Positions 60,857 through 64,000 of a DNA stretch of 64,000 nucleotides are shown here, one piece after another. The notes under the pieces were generated by a model that had not been told where the DNA came from, ran no database searches, and saw only the letters and a list, made by a program, of their open reading frames with translations. Position numbers and translations under genes: made by a program. The stretch spans positions 1 through 64,000 of the forward strand of contig NIVC01002158.1 of the NCBI GenBank assembly GCA_002269645.1, read 5' to 3'. The stretch is from Macrostomum lignano. Lineage: Eukaryota. Position 1 is the stretch's first letter; every line of letters starts with the position of its first letter.

Positions 60857-62515
60857 CTCAGCATGTCTGTTCTCAGCATGTCAGCTTGTCTGTTCCCAGC
60901 ATGTCTGTTCTCAGCATGTCTGTTCTCAGCATATCTGTTCTCACCATGTCTATTCTCACCATGTCTATTCTCAGCATGTCTGTTCTCAGCATGTCTGTTC
61001 TCAGCATGTCTGTTCTCAGCATATCTGTTCTCACCATGTCTATTCTCAGCATGTCTATTCTCACCATGTCTATTCTCACCATGTCTATTCTCAGCATGTC
61101 TGTTCTCAGCATGTCTATTCTCACCATGTCTATTCTCAGCATGTCTATTCTCACCATGTCTATTCTCAGCATGTCTATTCTCAGCATGTCTGTTCTCAGC
61201 ATGTCTGTTCTCAGCATGTCTGTTCTCAGCATGTCTGTTCTCAGCATGTCTATTCTCAGCATATCTGTTCTCAGCATGTCTGTTCTCAGCATGTCTATTC
61301 TCAGCATATCTGTTCTCACCATGTCTATTCTCAGCATGTCTGTTCTCAGCATATCTGTTCTCACCATGTCTATTCTCAGCATGTCTGTTCTCAGCATATG
61401 TTCTCAGCATGTCTGTTCTCAGCATGTCTGTTCTCAGCATGTCTGTTCTCAGCATGTCTGTTCTCAGCATGTCTGTTCTCAGCATGTCTGTTCTCAGCAT
61501 GTCTGTTCTCAGCATGTCTTTTCTCAGCATGTCTGTTCTCAGCATGTCTATTCTCAGCATATCTGTTCTCACCATGTCTATTCTCAGCATGTCTGTTCTC
61601 AGCATATCTGTTCTCACCATGTCTATTCTCAGCATGTCTGTTCTCAGCATATGTTCTCAGCATGTCTGTTCTCAGCATGTCTGTTCTCAGCATGTCTGTT
61701 CTCAGCATGTCTGTTCTCAGCATATCTGTTCTCACCATGTCTATTCTCAGCATGTCTGTTCTCAGCATATCTGTTCTCACCATGTCTATTCTCAGCATGT
61801 CTGTTCTCAGCATATCTGTTCTCACCATGTCTATTCTCAGCATGTCTGTTCTCAGCATGTCTATTCTCAGCATGTCTGTTCTCAGCATATGTTCTCAGCA
61901 TGTCTGTTCCCAGCATGTCTGCATGTCTGTTCCCAGCATGTCTGCATATCTGTTCCCAGCATGTCAGCATGTCTGTTCCCAGCATGTCAGCATGTCTGTT
62001 CCCAGCATGTCAGCATGTCTGTTCCCAGCATGCTGAGAAAATGTCTGTTCTCAGCATGTCTGTTCTCACCATGTCTATTCTCAGCATGTCTGTTCTCAGC
62101 ATATCTGTTCTCAGCATGTCTATTCTCAGCATATCTGTTCTCAGCATGTCTATTCTCAGCATGTCTGTTCTCAGCATGTCAGTTCTCAGCATGTCTGTTC
62201 TCAGCATGTCTGTTCTCAGCATGTCTGTTCTCAGCATGTCTGTTCTCAGCATGTCTGTTCTCAGCATGTCTGTTCTCAGCATGTCTGTTCTCAGCATGTC
62301 TGTTCTCAGCATGTCTGTTCTTAGCATGTCTGTTCTCAGCATGTCTGTTCTCAGCATGTCTGTTCTCAGCATGTCTGTTCTCAGCATGTCTGTTCTCAGC
62401 ATGTCTGTTCTCAGCATGTCTGTTCTCAGCATGTCTGTTCTCAGCATGTCTGTTCTCAGCATGTCTATTGTCACCATGTCTAATCTTAGCATGTCTATTC
62501 TCACCCTGTCAATTC
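60857..62515. repeat. 15-bp minisatellite (ctcagcatgtctgtt)n, about 1.65 kb
   Basis: Direct inspection; variant units form higher-order patterns. Confidence 0.97.
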
Positions 62516-63042
62516 TCAGTGGGTGTTATAATTCAAAGCCACTAGTACATGTAACTACATGTATATTCACTAGTGCTCAAGCTGCTGCTCAAAAGTCGAG
62601 GCGCCAATGCTGTACAAAATTATTTTCCCGAGTACTCACCGTGGCAGTAGAAGACACTCCTTCATCCCAGTTAGCTCGCTTCGGTTTGCTCAAATTCCTA
62701 GTTGCGCCCCAATCGTTGAAACGAGCCAATGCATCCTGCAGTCAAGCATTATTGAATTTTCTCCCATAGCAGCCGCTCCAATGAGCACGGGGAGCTCCCG
62801 TGCAGAATAGGATGCATGAGCTTAAAAATATCTGCTTTCCATAAGTGCATGTCTCCAGGGACAGCGAAATCTCCCTTCAGTCCAGCCTTACACTCACATT
62901 CACCAAAAAGTAAGGAGATATCATCCTGATATCGGAAAGAATCAAATTTCTCACGAATGCACTTGATGCGGTCAGTGCATCTGCCCGCTGTCTGAGTACC
63001 AGCGGTTTGTCCCTGGATAACTGGAATTTATATAGATAATCA

Positions 63043-63600
63043 GTCTCGCCTCTCTCCCTCTCCCCTGTCCTCTCTCACTCTCCTCTCTCTCTCTCCCTCT
63101 CCCCTGTCCTCTCTCCCCTCTCTCCCTCTCCTCTCTCTCTCTCTCTCCTCTCTCCTTTCCCTTCTCCTCTCTCCCTTCTCCTCTCTCCCTTCTCCCCTCT
63201 CCCTTCTCCTCTTTCCCTTCTCCCCTCTCCCTTCTCCTCTTTCCCTTCTCCTCTTTCCCTTCTCCCCTCTCCCTTCTCCTCTTTCCCTTCTCCTCTTTCC
63301 CTCTCCTCTCTCCCTCTCCTGTCTCCCCTCACCCCTCCCTCTCCTCTCTCCCTTCTCTCTGCCACTCCATTTTGCTCTTCCCAATTTCCCTCTTCCTCTC
63401 CCCTCTCCTCTCTTCATCTTCTCTTTCCCTCTACATCTCTCCTCTCTCCTCCCTCTCCCTCTCTCCCTCTCTTCTCTCCCTCTCCTGTCTCCATTCTCCC
63501 CTCTTCCCTCTTCCCTCTTCCCTCTCCTCTCCCCGTCTCCTCTCTCTCCACTCCTCTCTTTTCCTCTCCCCACTCCCTTTTCCTTCCTATCCCCTTCCTT
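63043..63600. repeat. CT-rich polypyrimidine low-complexity tract
   Basis: Almost exclusively C/T. Confidence 0.9.
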
Positions 63601-64000
63601 CGCCCTTCTACTCAGTTCTCTGTGTCCTTTGTCCACTTTTCCCAGCTTCGAGAAGCCCGCATTTTTACTCTTTTATGGAAAATTTTGTCACATGAAAATT
63701 GAAAAGAATGACTGGAGCATCGTAATGAGAAATACTAAGGATCATCTGTGGGTCACGATCCCCACAATCTGCGCTTCGATGCGTATATGAAAAAGGAAAA
63801 TTAGAAATAAAGCAAGTAGGATGCTTCCTCAGCTCTTCATTATTCATGACTTTCCTCTTTCAAGATGAAGAGCAGACAGGGCTCCGAGTCTGAGGTTATT
63901 ATTTTTATGACTAGTGGCCAGATACCCATACTAATCCGTGCTGGGTATTGAAGTCGGGGCTTTCCGACACCAATGAAGGAGTTCATGAGTGACTTCATGA

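Overview
Eukaryotic (invertebrate animal) genomic DNA, very rich in repeats. The host might be a flatworm such as Macrostomum, but that is a guess from sequence style only. The left quarter (1739-15466) is a near-complete Polinton/Maverick (adintovirus-type endogenous virus). All its genes are on the + strand: frameshifted protein-primed PolB, dUTPase, intron-containing parvovirus-type PLA2, packaging ATPase, penton, pX/GasderminX-like protein, an unknown ORF, integrase with chromodomain, basic core protein, major capsid protein and adenain protease. It ends in ...TCTACTACT, inserted in a Gypsy RT remnant. A second, different Polinton-type family is present as two relatives. One is a right end at 1-1738. 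The other is a complete mini-element at 31015-34734 with AGT..CT termini, short TIRs and a 6-bp TSD; once a nested 2.2-kb TG..CA insertion is removed it is only about 1.5 kb and carries just a penton gene and a convergent 79-aa ORF shared with the 1-1738 element. Host genes: a 3-exon secreted fibrinogen-domain protein (17161-23385, minus) with a partial duplicate knocked out by the mini-element, a 2-exon coiled-coil gene, a 2-TM protein gene and probable terminal exons of another gene. The rest is LINE, Gypsy, hAT/MITE, SINE and mini/microsatellite sequence. All calls come from motif recognition and hand translation/alignment; no database searches were run.
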